Below the pieces are notes generated by a model that saw only the letters and a list, made by a program, of their open reading frames with translations, ran no database searches and was not told where the DNA came from. The translations under genes and the position numbers were made by a program. A DNA stretch of 64,000 bases, from assembly GCA_036844925.1 (NCBI GenBank), contig DAIUEW010000020.1, positions 4,716-68,715 of the forward strand, in the 5' to 3' direction. Origin of the DNA: Candidatus Sulfotelmatobacter sp. Lineage in GTDB: Bacteria; Acidobacteriota; Terriglobia; Terriglobales; Acidobacteriaceae. Numbering within the stretch: position 1 is the first letter of the stretch; each line of letters starts with the position of its first letter. Positions 1-9,538 of this stretch are shown piece by piece.

Positions 1-140
1 GATATAATCACGCTTGGGTTCGATCCTTCCGCTCGTTCCTGGAAATGGCATCTTCGGACGACACGCCCTAGCAGGCAGTTTTCTTTCGTTGAAGTCCTTC
101 ATGCACTCGACTGCATTCTGCTTTAACTCGAGAAATTTTT

Positions 141-3100
141 ATGCATGAATTCCACTACGCAAAGGAACACACAATAGCTCGACCCTTTCATAAGGCTTTC
201 AGACTGATAGAGAGGTTATTTCTGTTGGGACTGATGGTGGCGGTCTCGCTTAAAGCACAACAGAGTTCTCCGTCTGCGCCGGCCTGGACTGGTGTCGTAC
301 GCACGGCTGCCGGTGAACCTGTGGCCGGAGCGAAGGTAACGTTATACACACCGGCCGCCAAAGAGAACCAAACGGCAGTTACAGGAACCGATGGAAGGTT
401 CACGATTCGGGACTTTCGACTCGGGCCACATCGCGTGAGCGTGCAATTTCCCGGGCGAGGTCCGACAGCGCCAGTGTCGGTGAATATTACGGGCGTAACA
501 GTTGTGCTGACAGTATCCGATCAAGGGGTGCTGTCTATTGCACCCAACCCGCAAACTTCTGCAGCAGGAGTCTCGAATGGGAACCCGAGCACAACTTCGA
601 ACGTAGCCAGCGGAGCAAGCGGGGAGAAACTCTCCAGCCAAAAGGTAAATGAGTTGCCGTTGAATGGACGCGACTTCAGCACGCTGTTGTTGTTAGCAGC
701 GGGCACGATGACCGACGTGAACGGGCAGACGAATTTCACCCAGCAGTTCGCAATCAACGGACAGCGCGGCGTCGAGGCTGTGTTCGCGATGGACGGTGCG
801 GATGTCAGCGATCCAGAGATGGGCGGGAGTACGTTCACGAATTTCAACGTAGATGCGATTCAGGAGTTGCAGTCAAGCTCAGGCTGGATGCCGGCGGACA
901 TCGGGCGCGGCGCGGCAGGTTTCACCAACATCGTGACACGGTCCGGAAAAAGCGGTTTTCACGGATCATTCTTCGAGTTTCTAAGGAACTCTGCCCTCGA
1001 TGCTCGGAATTATTTCGATCACCCGTCGATTGCGGACCCGGGCCGTATCCCTCCGTTCCGGCGAAACGAGTTCGGATTTACGAACGGTGGGCCAGTCGTG
1101 TTGCCGAACGTGTATGACGGACGCGACCGCACGTTCTATTTTGTGCAGTATCAGGGATTCAGGCAGGTGCTGGGAACGACCCAGGTGCTGGCTGTACCTA
1201 CAGCAGCAGAGAGGCGGGGCCAGGATGTGGTGACGTACCCGGACGGCAGCACGGACACGCTGCACGTACCGGTGAATCCGGCAATTGAGAAAGTGCTGGC
1301 CCGTTATCCACTGCCCAACAACCCAACCGGCGCGTATGGTGCGCGAACTTATTCTGCGCCTTCAAACGTGAACACGGATACGGATCAGTTTTCCATCCGC
1401 ATCGATCAGAAAGTTGGCGCAAAAGGACAATTGTTTGGTCGATTCAATTACGACAATCTGACGGGACCGACAACAAATCCGGATCAGACACTGCTTGATC
1501 CGAGCTTCGGCGTGCAGTATGTGGATCGGCAGCGGAACGGGGTCATCACTTATACGCGCACCGTGTCTCCGCACTTTCTCTGGTCGACGTCGGTGAGTTT
1601 CACGCGGACGACGCCTTCGTTTGTGACGCAGAACCACACCGATCCGGCTTTGAAGTTCATCGATGGCCTCTATGAGGCGTTCAATGGAGCGGCGGGCTCG
1701 GTGATGTCGGCGTTCGGGAATTTGTTCCAGGGACAATTGGATTTTGCGTGGACAAGCCGGCGGCACGCGGTGAAGTGGGGTGCGGAAGCACGCCTTAACC
1801 GGGACACGACATACTTCGGTATAAGTCCCAATGGCGAGTACGATTTTGGTGGTGGAACAGTTTATTCGCCCGTGTTCATTCCTTCTGCGAGTAGACAGCA
1901 TGATGTGCAGCCGGGTCGGCCTCTGCCAGACACGATGAGCAGTCTATTACTCGGCTATCCGTATGGATACACGATCGCAGTCGCGCCGCCCTACGCATCG
2001 AATGGCGCGCACATTGGGCCCGCGGCGATCAACCGGAATGACGTGAACGCCTACATCGAGGACACATGGAAAATCAATCCGCAATGGACGCTCGATTACG
2101 GGCTGCGATATGAGATCTACACGCCGATTTCGGAGCGCGCGCTTCGAACGTCGAGCTTTCTGAATTCGTTCCCACCGGCGGGCGTTGGGCAGGAATACTT
2201 GATCAATCCGCAGCCTACTTATCAGACCGATCGGAACGGATGGGGGCCGCGTGTGCAAGTGGAGTGGCACGCGCCGCAGGCAGTGCACGTGCACATGGGC
2301 GGGGCGATCACAGTGATTCCGCCGAATATCTGGCAGGACAATCTTCTGACAGGGTCAACCCCTTACGTTGTTTATCCACGTGTCAATGCGGCGCAAAACG
2401 GGGAGATTTCCTACGGATTCCAAATCACACCGGACGAATTGCCGCAGGTCTATAACACCGCTGGCGTGAACGTGTTGGCCAGCGGCGATCCGAAAAAAGT
2501 CCCGGCGAACACGGTGATGGACGTAAATCGATACCAGCAAGATTTGGCAGCGCTGGCGCCGAGTCATCAGCTCTCGCTGCTGAGTCTGTCCGGGATCGAC
2601 CGGCGCTTCGGCAATGGCTACCTGCAAACTTGGACGCTGGGGCTGGAACGGGCTTTCGGTGGCCTCACGGCCGATGTCGCGTACGTTGGAACGTCGGCGT
2701 TTCGACTTCCCAGAATGTCATATCCAAACGCGTATCCCGGAGCGGATTCGGAATTTGCACGGTTTACAAACTTCGACGGGAGCGGAGCGGTGACGGGAGG
2801 TTTCGGATTCGAGTCTGTGATGACGGCAACGTCGCACTCGTCTTACAACGCCTTGCAGACCTCGTTGTCGGGAAATGTTGGGCACGGCGGTCCGTCATTG
2901 CAAGCAGGCTACACCTGGGGCAAATCACTGGATGATGTCAGCGGCATCCTGGGAGGAACGGGATCCACCGGTGCCGTGACGCTGTTTAGTCCGCAAGACC
3001 CGTTCGATACACAAGCGGAAAGAGGGCCGTCAAGCTTTGATGTAACGCACGCCTTCACGTTGAGCGCGGCGCAGGATTTGCATTTCGAGCATCTGGGACT

Positions 3101-3644
3101 TCAGTCGGATCGAACCCAGCTGTTGACGAAGGGCTGGGAGTTGCTGAGCATCTCGACCATCACCAGCGGTTCGCCGTTTACGGTTTATTCGGGTATCCAG
3201 CAGACGGGCGCGGGAACGATTGGCGCGGACCGGCCGGACCAGATTGGGATACCCGACCTATCGAGCGCCGGCAGTTCAACCCGACCGCGCGACGATTATT
3301 TTGGGCGGGGTGTGAACAACGCAAGTCTCTTTTCCATTCCCATCGGGATCGCGGGCGGGACCGGACCAAACTCCGGGCGCTTTGGGACGCTCGGCCGTAA
3401 TACATTTCGCGGCCCGGCATATTATGATTTCGATTTTGCGCTCATCAAGACGACTCCGATTGGCCACCGCGAAAGCGGTTCGGAGCTAGCGGACCTGCAA
3501 TTCCGGGGAGAGTTATTTAATCTGTTTAACATCGTCAACATGGGGCTACCGGCGAACATCATCGCGGGTACAGGGTTCGGCATGATCAGCAAGACCGCGG
3601 GAACTTCGCGGCAAATTCAGTTTTCGCTAAAGCTCATCTATTGA
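141..3644 (+). CDS. TonB-dependent outer-membrane receptor with N-terminal carboxypeptidase-regulatory-like domain
   Basis: 1167 aa. Hydrophobic signal-like N-terminus. Ig-like CarboxypepD_reg stretch (GVVRTAAGEPVAGAKVTLYT...TDGRFTIRDF). Plug-like LNGRDFSTLLLLAAGT. Long Gly/Asn/Tyr-rich beta-barrel ending in an aromatic residue (FSLKLIY). Paralogous to 18502-21987 and 55362-58985. Exact start uncertain. Confidence 0.85.
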   Translation: MHEFHYAKEHTIARPFHKAFRLIERLFLLGLMVAVSLKAQQSSPSAPAWTGVVRTAAGEPVAGAKVTLYTPAAKENQTAVTGTDGRFTIRDFRLGPHRVSVQFPGRGPTAPVSVNITGVTVVLTVSDQGVLSIAPNPQTSAAGVSNGNPSTTSNVASGASGEKLSSQKVNELPLNGRDFSTLLLLAAGTMTDVNGQTNFTQQFAINGQRGVEAVFAMDGADVSDPEMGGSTFTNFNVDAIQELQSSSGWMPADIGRGAAGFTNIVTRSGKSGFHGSFFEFLRNSALDARNYFDHPSIADPGRIPPFRRNEFGFTNGGPVVLPNVYDGRDRTFYFVQYQGFRQVLGTTQVLAVPTAAERRGQDVVTYPDGSTDTLHVPVNPAIEKVLARYPLPNNPTGAYGARTYSAPSNVNTDTDQFSIRIDQKVGAKGQLFGRFNYDNLTGPTTNPDQTLLDPSFGVQYVDRQRNGVITYTRTVSPHFLWSTSVSFTRTTPSFVTQNHTDPALKFIDGLYEAFNGAAGSVMSAFGNLFQGQLDFAWTSRRHAVKWGAEARLNRDTTYFGISPNGEYDFGGGTVYSPVFIPSASRQHDVQPGRPLPDTMSSLLLGYPYGYTIAVAPPYASNGAHIGPAAINRNDVNAYIEDTWKINPQWTLDYGLRYEIYTPISERALRTSSFLNSFPPAGVGQEYLINPQPTYQTDRNGWGPRVQVEWHAPQAVHVHMGGAITVIPPNIWQDNLLTGSTPYVVYPRVNAAQNGEISYGFQITPDELPQVYNTAGVNVLASGDPKKVPANTVMDVNRYQQDLAALAPSHQLSLLSLSGIDRRFGNGYLQTWTLGLERAFGGLTADVAYVGTSAFRLPRMSYPNAYPGADSEFARFTNFDGSGAVTGGFGFESVMTATSHSSYNALQTSLSGNVGHGGPSLQAGYTWGKSLDDVSGILGGTGSTGAVTLFSPQDPFDTQAERGPSSFDVTHAFTLSAAQDLHFEHLGLQSDRTQLLTKGWELLSISTITSGSPFTVYSGIQQTGAGTIGADRPDQIGIPDLSSAGSSTRPRDDYFGRGVNNASLFSIPIGIAGGTGPNSGRFGTLGRNTFRGPAYYDFDFALIKTTPIGHRESGSELADLQFRGELFNLFNIVNMGLPANIIAGTGFGMISKTAGTSRQIQFSLKLIY

Positions 3645-3850
3645 GACGCGTCCTGCAGCGACACAGGGTTGGGGGGAGGACAGAAACATTCGTTTCAAGA
3701 AGATTCTGCATTCGTTCCGCTTGACAACTCCGAGATCACGGGCAACACGGAAGTCATTGCGGGCCAGACGTCGGTTTCGAGGAAGTTTCACCAGACGGTA
3801 CGGGGAAACGCGCTCGTGAAGTTGGCATTGTGTAAATCCTGAGGCTTAAG

Positions 3851-4288
3851 TTAGCGCTTATGGGCATCTGCCGCCGAACTCGTCACTGGATCACCCAGGG
3901 CTGCAGTGACCAGTTCGGTGTCGAGATATTCGGTCATTTCCCGGAGCTTTCCATCGCCTAGGCGGAAGACATAGCAATAAGTATTGTTATAAGGCACTCC
4001 GTTTCTGGTCGTATTTCTGCCCCGCGCTTCCACAACGACATAATCTTCGTCAGCGATATACCGGTAGGCTTCGACCACGATTGGAGGAGCGAGCTTGGCG
4101 CGCAGAGCGCCGAACAATTCATCGATCACGGCCCGTTTGCTATCGTATCTCCTAGACCATCTGGTTGTTCCAGTTATCGTCCAGCTAAATTCGTCAGCCA
4201 TTGCCTCTACGAATGGCTGGGAGTTGCCCTTCGAAAGCTCGGAAAAGATATGCTGCATTATTTTCTTGTTCTCGATTGCACCCATCAC
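3851..4288 (-). CDS. NTF2-like / SnoaL-like (ketosteroid-isomerase fold) protein
   Basis: 145 aa with the length and pattern of SnoaL-like cyclase/NTF2 proteins (FVEAMADEFSWTITG...YVVVEARG...YCYVFRLGDGKLREMTEYLD). Function unknown. Confidence 0.6.
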   Translation of the reverse strand: MMGAIENKKIMQHIFSELSKGNSQPFVEAMADEFSWTITGTTRWSRRYDSKRAVIDELFGALRAKLAPPIVVEAYRYIADEDYVVVEARGRNTTRNGVPYNNTYCYVFRLGDGKLREMTEYLDTELVTAALGDPVTSSAADAHKR

Positions 4289-4423
4289 GCACTTCTCCTT
4301 TTCGTTTGTGGTCCCGCAACATCGCCGGCGCTGTAATGTTCGGTCTTCGGCCCGTTGCCGGTTGAAATAAAAACGTCATCGCTTGACTCCGCCCGCATAT
4401 CGATAGTCTCTCTAACATGATAG

Positions 4424-4451
4424 TGACTAACGCAACTCAATTTTATATAAT
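4424..4451 (+). promoter_or_regulatory. Candidate sigma70-type promoter giving a leaderless crotonase mRNA
   Basis: GTGACT (4424-4429), 16-nt spacer, TATAAT (4446-4451). The ATG at 4460 lies 8 nt after the -10 box and has no Shine-Dalgarno. Confidence 0.3.
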
Positions 4452-4459
4452 CGCGCGTC

Positions 4460-5332
4460 ATGCAAAACGAAGAAGTCCTCTATAGCGTAGCGAATCGAGT
4501 GGCCACGATTACTTTGAACCGGCCGGACAAACTGAACGCCTGGACTGCGGTGATGGAGAAGGAAGTGCGTTCGTCGATGGAGAACGCGGAGCGCGACGAA
4601 GACGTCCGGGTAATCGTTTTGACGGGCGCTGGACGGGGCTTTTGCGCCGGCGCTGACATGTCGCTGCTGAGTGCGGTGGCGGAGCACGGCGTCGTTGATC
4701 GGAACAGCGAGGATCAGAAAAGCGGGGTTCAGAACCGCGAGGTTCAGAAGCGCGAGGATCAGAACCGCGAGGCGGCATTGCGCGACGGCGTACCGCTTGA
4801 TTTTCAGAAGAGATACTCTTATTTCCCGGCGATCGGGAAACCGGTGATTGCCGCCATTAATGGTCCGGTGGTTGGCCTGGGCCTGGTGATCACTCTCTAT
4901 TGCGATCTGCGGCTGGCATCGGACGCAGCCCGCTTCAGCACTACATTCGCGCGGCGAGGGCTGGTGGCCGAGTATGGCATGGCCTGGATGTTGCCGCGCA
5001 TTGTTGGCATTGCAAATGCTCTCGATCTGCTGTTTTCTGCGCGGACCATCGATGCCGCAGAGGCATTGCGCATCGGGTTAGTGAACCGAATCCTCCCGCA
5101 GGAAAGTTTTCTTGAGAAGGTGCATGAATATGCCCGCGAACTGGCTTCTACCGTGAGCCCGCGCTCGCTGCGCATCATCAAGCGCCAGGTGTACGAGGCT
5201 ATGTTCCAGCCACTCTCGGAAGCTTTTGATGTCTCTGTGAATGAGATGATGGCGAGTTTCAAGACTGAGGATTTCAAAGAGGGTGTCGCGCATTTCGTGG
5301 AGAAGCGTGCCCCGGCTTTTACTGGTAGATAG
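4460..5332 (+). CDS. Enoyl-CoA hydratase/isomerase (crotonase) family protein
   Basis: 290 aa. Crotonase signatures ITLNRPDKLNA, VIVLTGAGRGFCAGADM, AAINGPVVGLG. Carries an in-frame 5 x 15-bp repeat insertion (see 4697-4771). Confidence 0.85.
   Translation: MQNEEVLYSVANRVATITLNRPDKLNAWTAVMEKEVRSSMENAERDEDVRVIVLTGAGRGFCAGADMSLLSAVAEHGVVDRNSEDQKSGVQNREVQKREDQNREAALRDGVPLDFQKRYSYFPAIGKPVIAAINGPVVGLGLVITLYCDLRLASDAARFSTTFARRGLVAEYGMAWMLPRIVGIANALDLLFSARTIDAAEALRIGLVNRILPQESFLEKVHEYARELASTVSPRSLRIIKRQVYEAMFQPLSEAFDVSVNEMMASFKTEDFKEGVAHFVEKRAPAFTGR
4697..4771 (+). repeat. 15-bp tandem repeat x5 inside the crotonase CDS
   Basis: Units gatcggaacagcgag / gatcagaaaagcggg / gttcagaaccgcgag / gttcagaagcgcgag / gatcagaaccgcgag. 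They encode DRNSE-DQKSG-VQNRE-VQKRE-DQNRE. Confidence 0.9.
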
Positions 5333-5365
5333 GTGGGCAAGCCGCAGGCGATCACATCAATGATC

Positions 5366-5487
5366 TGAGCAGCAAGTTGAGGTGCCTCAGCGGCTAAAGC
5401 CCCAGTGTTTATTGGCCTTGGGCGGCACGACTGAACGTCGTGCCCTTCCCGAACCCATTTTTAAGATGACTAGCTGACTTCTAGTCA
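5366..5487 (+). repeat. REP-like intergenic element, family A (subtype 1)
   Basis: gagcagcaagttgagg-cctcagcggctaaagcc...ggcacgactgaacgtcgtgcccttcccga...catttttaagatgact. Near-identical to the copies at 7459-7660 and 30763-30885. Contains the GC hairpin ggcacgac-tgaa-cgtcgtgcc. Confidence 0.85.
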
Positions 5488-5535
5488 GGCCGGAAACCAA
5501 GGAAAATGGGCATAAGTTAAAGATAGGCGGCAGAA

Positions 5536-6753
5536 ATGGATTTTGCGCTCAGCGACAAAGTAAAGCACCTGCAACGGCGTCTGCAGGGGTTCATGGATGA
5601 ATACATTTATCCGAATGAGCGGCGCTATGACGACGAGATTGAGCGCAACCGCTGGTCGCCTCCTAGCGTCATTGAAGAGCTCAAGCCAAAAGCCCGCGCT
5701 GCGTCGCTGTGGAATTTATTTCTGCCGGATGATGCGCATGGACAGGGGTTAACGAATCTGGAGTATGCGCCGCTGGCCGAAATTATGGGGCGCAGCTTCA
5801 TCGCTCCTGAGGTATTCAATTGCTCGGCGCCGGACACGGGCAACATGGAAGTGCTTGCGCGTTACGGCACAGCGGAGCAGAAGGAAAGATGGTTGAGACC
5901 GCTGCTTGCGGGCGAGATTCGGTCGTGCTTCGCGATGACGGAGCCGGCGGTGGCCTCATCGGATGCAACCAATATTGAGGCGAGTATTGTTCGCCAGGGC
6001 GACGAGTACGTGATCAATGGGCGCAAGTGGTGGTCCTCGGGAGCGGGCGATCCGCGCTGCAAGGTTGCGATCTTTATGGGCAAAACTGATCGCACGGCCG
6101 CGCGACATCAGCAGCAGTCGATGGTGCTGGTGCCGATGCCGGCTGCGGGGCTCAAGATTGAGCGCATGCTGACGGTGTTTGGATATGACCATGCGCCGCA
6201 TGGACACGGCGAAATCACCTTTGAAAACGTGCGCGTGCCTGTTTCGAACATGTTGCTCGGCGAAGGACGAGGCTTTGAGATTGCTCAGGGGCGGCTGGGG
6301 CCGGGGCGCATTCATCACTGCATGCGCTGCATTGGTGTGGCTGAACGCGCGCTTGAAACCATGTGCAAGCGGGTCCAGGCACGCGTGGCCTTTGGCAAGC
6401 CGCTGGCCGAGCAGGGCACTATACGGGCTGACATTGCGCGATCCAGGATGGAGATCGAGCAGGCGCGTCTTTTGACTCTGAATGCAGCGTACATGATGGA
6501 CACCGCCGGAAACAAAGCGGCGCGGGCGGAGATTGCGATGATTAAGGTGGTGGCGCCGAATGTCGTTCTGCGTGTCCTGGATCGTGCGATTCAGGCGCAT
6601 GGAGGGGCGGGAGTTTCGCAGGACACGTTTCTGGCGGGCGCGTGGGCGAATGTGCGCACTCTACGTTTGGCGGATGGTCCGGACGAGGTTCACACCGAAT
6701 CGATTGCGAAGATGGAGCTTCGGAAATGGAGCGGGCCGCGGGCAGGGCGTTGA
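5536..6753 (+). CDS. Acyl-CoA dehydrogenase, ACAD10/ACAD11/FadE2-type
   Basis: 405 aa. Clade-typical stretches [68 protein letters not shown]. Confidence 0.9.
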   Translation: MDFALSDKVKHLQRRLQGFMDEYIYPNERRYDDEIERNRWSPPSVIEELKPKARAASLWNLFLPDDAHGQGLTNLEYAPLAEIMGRSFIAPEVFNCSAPDTGNMEVLARYGTAEQKERWLRPLLAGEIRSCFAMTEPAVASSDATNIEASIVRQGDEYVINGRKWWSSGAGDPRCKVAIFMGKTDRTAARHQQQSMVLVPMPAAGLKIERMLTVFGYDHAPHGHGEITFENVRVPVSNMLLGEGRGFEIAQGRLGPGRIHHCMRCIGVAERALETMCKRVQARVAFGKPLAEQGTIRADIARSRMEIEQARLLTLNAAYMMDTAGNKAARAEIAMIKVVAPNVVLRVLDRAIQAHGGAGVSQDTFLAGAWANVRTLRLADGPDEVHTESIAKMELRKWSGPRAGR

Positions 6754-6810
6754 TCTCCTGCGTGTAATCGTTTCAGGCGGAAGTTTTCGCGGAATCTAGA
6801 GGGGACATCC

Positions 6811-7272
6811 ATGCCACTCGTAGTCGAAACACCTGAGTCCTTGAAGGATTTGGTGGGTCGCGAAATCGGCATGACGGAATGGTTCGCCGTCACTCAGGAG
6901 CGCATTCAGGAGTTTGCTGATGTTACTGAGGATCGGCAGTGGATCCATATTGACCCGGACCGTGCACAGCGGGAGTCGCCTTATGGGAGCACGATTGCGC
7001 ACGGGTTCTTAACTCTCTCGCTGTTGAGCCGCTTCATGAAGGAGGCAATTGAGATCCGAAGCGGTCTTCGTATGGCCGTCAATTATGGTTTGAATCGTGT
7101 TCGCTTTCCTTCTCCGGTTCGCGCCGGCTCGAAGATTCGAGCGCAATTTACTCTTCGATCGCTGAAAGAGTTGCCTGACGCGATTGAAGCAATCTTTGAC
7201 GCGACGGTGGAAGCGCAGGATAACGACAAGCCGTGCTGCGTGGCTGAGTGGGTGGTTCGCTACTATACGTAA
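6811..7272 (+). CDS. MaoC-like (R)-specific enoyl-CoA hydratase / dehydratase
   Basis: 153 aa hot-dog fold pattern: FAVTQERIQEFADVTEDRQWIHIDPDRA...TIAHGFLTLSLL. Confidence 0.85.
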   Translation: MPLVVETPESLKDLVGREIGMTEWFAVTQERIQEFADVTEDRQWIHIDPDRAQRESPYGSTIAHGFLTLSLLSRFMKEAIEIRSGLRMAVNYGLNRVRFPSPVRAGSKIRAQFTLRSLKELPDAIEAIFDATVEAQDNDKPCCVAEWVVRYYT

Positions 7273-7281
7273 GACGATCAC

Positions 7282-7390
7282 GGGGGCTGAAGCCCCGAGG
7301 AATGTAGCGACTCACGCGGCGCTGAAGCGCCGCTCTTCCACGGTCGCCGACCTATGCGGCTCCGAAGAACTGCTCTTCCACGGTGGTGGC
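7282..7390 (+). repeat. REP-like hairpin element (family A/B composite)
   Basis: cgggggc-tgaa-gccccg hairpin followed by gcggcgc-tgaa-gcgccgc-tcttccacggtcgc. Same core as 43546-43616. A partial second ctcttccacggtgg lies at the 3' end. Confidence 0.8.
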
Positions 7391-7458
7391 TAGATTGGTG
7401 AAGGTTTTCCGCAATGCGTGCAGCTCTGCCCAAAAGCTAGAAGGCATTTCACAAATAG

Positions 7459-7660
7459 TCCGGAGAGCAGGTCGAGGGACCTCAGTGGCTAAAGCCCTCG
7501 TCTTTATTGGCTCTGGACTGCACGACTGAAGTCGAGCCCTTCCCGAAATTGGCTCTGGGCGGCACGAGTGAAGGTCGTGCCCTTCCCGAGGTTGGCTCTG
7601 GACTGCACGAACGTCGTGCCCTTCCCGAAACCATTTATGACATGGCTGCTAGTATGAAGC
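7459..7660 (+). repeat. REP-like element, family A subtype 1, with a triplicated hairpin module
   Basis: Head tccggagagcaggtcgagggacctcagtggctaaagccc. Then three tandem 39-43-bp modules (7507-7548, 7549-7591, 7592-7630), each ttggctctggRcKgcacga..cgtcgWgcccttcccga. Tail ccatttatgacatggct. Confidence 0.85.
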
Positions 7661-7665
7661 GGCTT

Positions 7666-8388
7666 TTAACGGTGGGTGCAGAGGCCATCAGCGGCGAGGT
7701 GCGGCACGGCATTGAAGGTAAACAACCGTAGTTGCTCTTTTCTCAAACGCAGGATTGTGTAGGATGCGTTGTAGACTGCGCCAGCGAGGCGCATTACGCG
7801 CGCGTCGGAAATCTCCAGGGACAGGCCAGTGCAAATCGCAACCGGAGTGGCCGACGTGACGATGACAACGTTCTCGCGTGCATCAGCGATTTTCGATCGG
7901 CAGGCCGCAACGCGCTCGCGGAATTGCTGCCAGGTTTCGCCGCTGAAGGGAAAACGACCGGAAATCCACGCCTCAACCAGTTTCGTATCGCAAGGCAGCC
8001 ATTTGCGATGAATTCTCGCTGCGTGCGCGCCTTGGCTGATTCGCACCTGCTCCCGCATCTCTTCATATTCAAGGCGGAATTCAGAATTTTCAGCGCACAA
8101 ACGCGGAGCAATCTCGCGATACACGCGGCTGAGATCAAACTCATCCCAGGCAGGATCGAGGCTCACCGCGGGGAAGGAAACACCAGCATCGGCATAAGCC
8201 GCGCCGACCTGGGCGGCGGTTTGCTGCTGGCGGGACAGCGCTCCCACATAGGCCGAGGCAAATTGGATTCCCTGGGAGACGAAATGCTCGCCCAGCAGTC
8301 GCGCCTGCCGCATTCCCAATTCAGAGAGGGAATCGTAAGCGTCGCGCGTTCCCGCCTGGCCATGGCGCACAAGATACAGAGTGGTCAA
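7666..8388 (-). CDS. Histidine phosphatase (phosphoglycerate-mutase-like) family protein
   Basis: RHG catalytic motif (TTLYLVRHGQAGTR) directly after a TTG at 8388. That TTG overlaps the upstream stop as TTGA. The Arg-rich 5' extension of ORF 7666-8739 overlaps the kinase gene and is rejected. Start codon inferred. Confidence 0.75.
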   Translation of the reverse strand: MTTLYLVRHGQAGTRDAYDSLSELGMRQARLLGEHFVSQGIQFASAYVGALSRQQQTAAQVGAAYADAGVSFPAVSLDPAWDEFDLSRVYREIAPRLCAENSEFRLEYEEMREQVRISQGAHAARIHRKWLPCDTKLVEAWISGRFPFSGETWQQFRERVAACRSKIADARENVVIVTSATPVAICTGLSLEISDARVMRLAGAVYNASYTILRLRKEQLRLFTFNAVPHLAADGLCTHR

Positions 8389-9500
8389 CTTAGTTGTCCT
8401 GTGAGGGAGTCTGCGAGCTCGACTAGTCCTCGGACACGTTCGCCGAAATTTCGGAAGCGCGCGTCCTGGGTCTGGCCACGCCGGAAGCGGTAGTAGATCT
8501 GCTGCAGAATTACGGCCAGCTTGAAGACGCCGAGCACTTCGTAGTAAGGGATGTGCGAAAGGTCGCGACCGGTGCGTTCGGCATAGCGTTGTACGAATTG
8601 ATCTCGTGTGTACCATCCGGCCTGCGATGTGAGTGCGGGAACGCCTCGGGCGCGCAGTTGCGGCGCTTCTGCCCAAGCCCAGTAACACAGAGTCAAACCC
8701 AGATCGGCGAGCGGATCGCCGACCGTTGCCATCTCCCAATCAAGCACAGCTTCGATTTTGTCAACAGCGTCGATTTTGTTCACAGCTTCGATTTTGTCCA
8801 CAGCTTCGATGCGACCCGCAGAACCAACCGCAAGCATGATGTTATCCAGCTTGTAATCGTTATGCACGAGGGTGGGCGCGGGAGAAACTGGCCTGCGATC
8901 GATGAGCCATCGAATCACACTATCCATTTTAGGCATGTCATCAGTTTTAGCCCGGTGCCAACGATCAGCCCAGCCTTGCACCTGGCGTGCAAGAAATCCC
9001 TCGGGCTTGCCGAGGGCAATTAATTCGGGCCTCGAAGCGTCGATGGCATGCAGCCGGATCAGGCAATCGATAAAGGCTTCGCTCACACGCTGCGCGTAAT
9101 TCGGCACCTTAGCGAGCTGAGTTGGAACCTCATCGCGCAGTATTAGCCCATGCCTGCGTTCCATCAGAAAGAAAACGGCGCCCAGCACTGTTGGATCCTC
9201 GCACAAATGAAAAACGGCTGGAGCTTCGTGAAAATGCGGATGCACCGTCTGGAGCACGCGAAATTCGCGCGCCATGTCGTGGGCTTTGGGCGCGACGGGA
9301 CCAAGAGGGGCGCGCCTGAGCACGTACTCGCGGCCATCTCCATTCATCCGCAACAGATAGGTCAGGTTCGAGTGTCCCCCCGGAAACTGTTCGACTGTGA
9401 CACCTCGTTCCGCACCTTCGATTTTTCCAAGCAGCCAATCGGCGAGGGAAGCTAGATTCAGTTCTTCGCCGGGACGAACTGAAATGACATCGGAGTGCAC
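8385..9500 (-). CDS. Phosphotransferase (APH/choline-kinase fold) family protein, ACAD10/11 N-terminal-domain type
   Basis: 371 aa with a GTG start. FPGGHSNLTYLL, YVLRRAP, catalytic loop LVHNDYKLDNIML, metal-binding LDWEMATVGDPLADL. Contains an 18-bp x ~4 in-frame repeat. Confidence 0.85.
   Translation of the reverse strand: MHSDVISVRPGEELNLASLADWLLGKIEGAERGVTVEQFPGGHSNLTYLLRMNGDGREYVLRRAPLGPVAPKAHDMAREFRVLQTVHPHFHEAPAVFHLCEDPTVLGAVFFLMERRHGLILRDEVPTQLAKVPNYAQRVSEAFIDCLIRLHAIDASRPELIALGKPEGFLARQVQGWADRWHRAKTDDMPKMDSVIRWLIDRRPVSPAPTLVHNDYKLDNIMLAVGSAGRIEAVDKIEAVNKIDAVDKIEAVLDWEMATVGDPLADLGLTLCYWAWAEAPQLRARGVPALTSQAGWYTRDQFVQRYAERTGRDLSHIPYYEVLGVFKLAVILQQIYYRFRRGQTQDARFRNFGERVRGLVELADSLTGQLS
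8745..8816 (-). repeat. 18-bp tandem repeat x ~4 inside the kinase CDS
   Basis: Plus-strand units cacagcttcgattttgtc / aacagcgtcgattttgtt / cacagcttcgattttgtc / cacagcttcgatgcgacc. They encode (IEAVDK)-like hexapeptides between the catalytic loop and the DWE motif. Confidence 0.9.
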
Positions 9501-9538
9501 TTGAGAACCTTTCTTGCTAGAAACTCCCGCCGATCAGC

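Noticed and set aside
5467-5487. Inverted repeat TGACTAG-N7-CTAGTCA upstream of the ACAD gene, considered as an operator
   Set aside because: It aligns with the tail (aagatggcttgatggcttctagc) of the family-A repeat copies at 30850-30885 and 7640-7660. It is therefore part of the repeat, not a gene-specific operator.
5956-6600. 214-aa minus-strand ORF; similar ORFs lie at 24906-25595, 48564-49124, 40788-41429 and 62797-63402
   Set aside because: All are antisense or alternative-frame shadows of strongly supported enzymes (ACADs, ligase, purL, LLM oxidoreductase). Their composition is Arg/His-rich.
7732-8493. 253-aa plus-strand ORF
   Set aside because: It is antisense to the histidine phosphatase, which has a clear family motif. 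It has no recognisable domain. It is a GC-rich shadow ORF.
8389-8739. N-terminal 117-aa extension of the histidine-phosphatase ORF (7666-8739)
   Set aside because: The extension is Arg/Ser/Pro-rich low complexity and lies wholly inside the kinase CDS in another frame. The conserved RHG motif begins right after a TTG that overlaps the kinase stop, so the gene was trimmed to 7666-8388.
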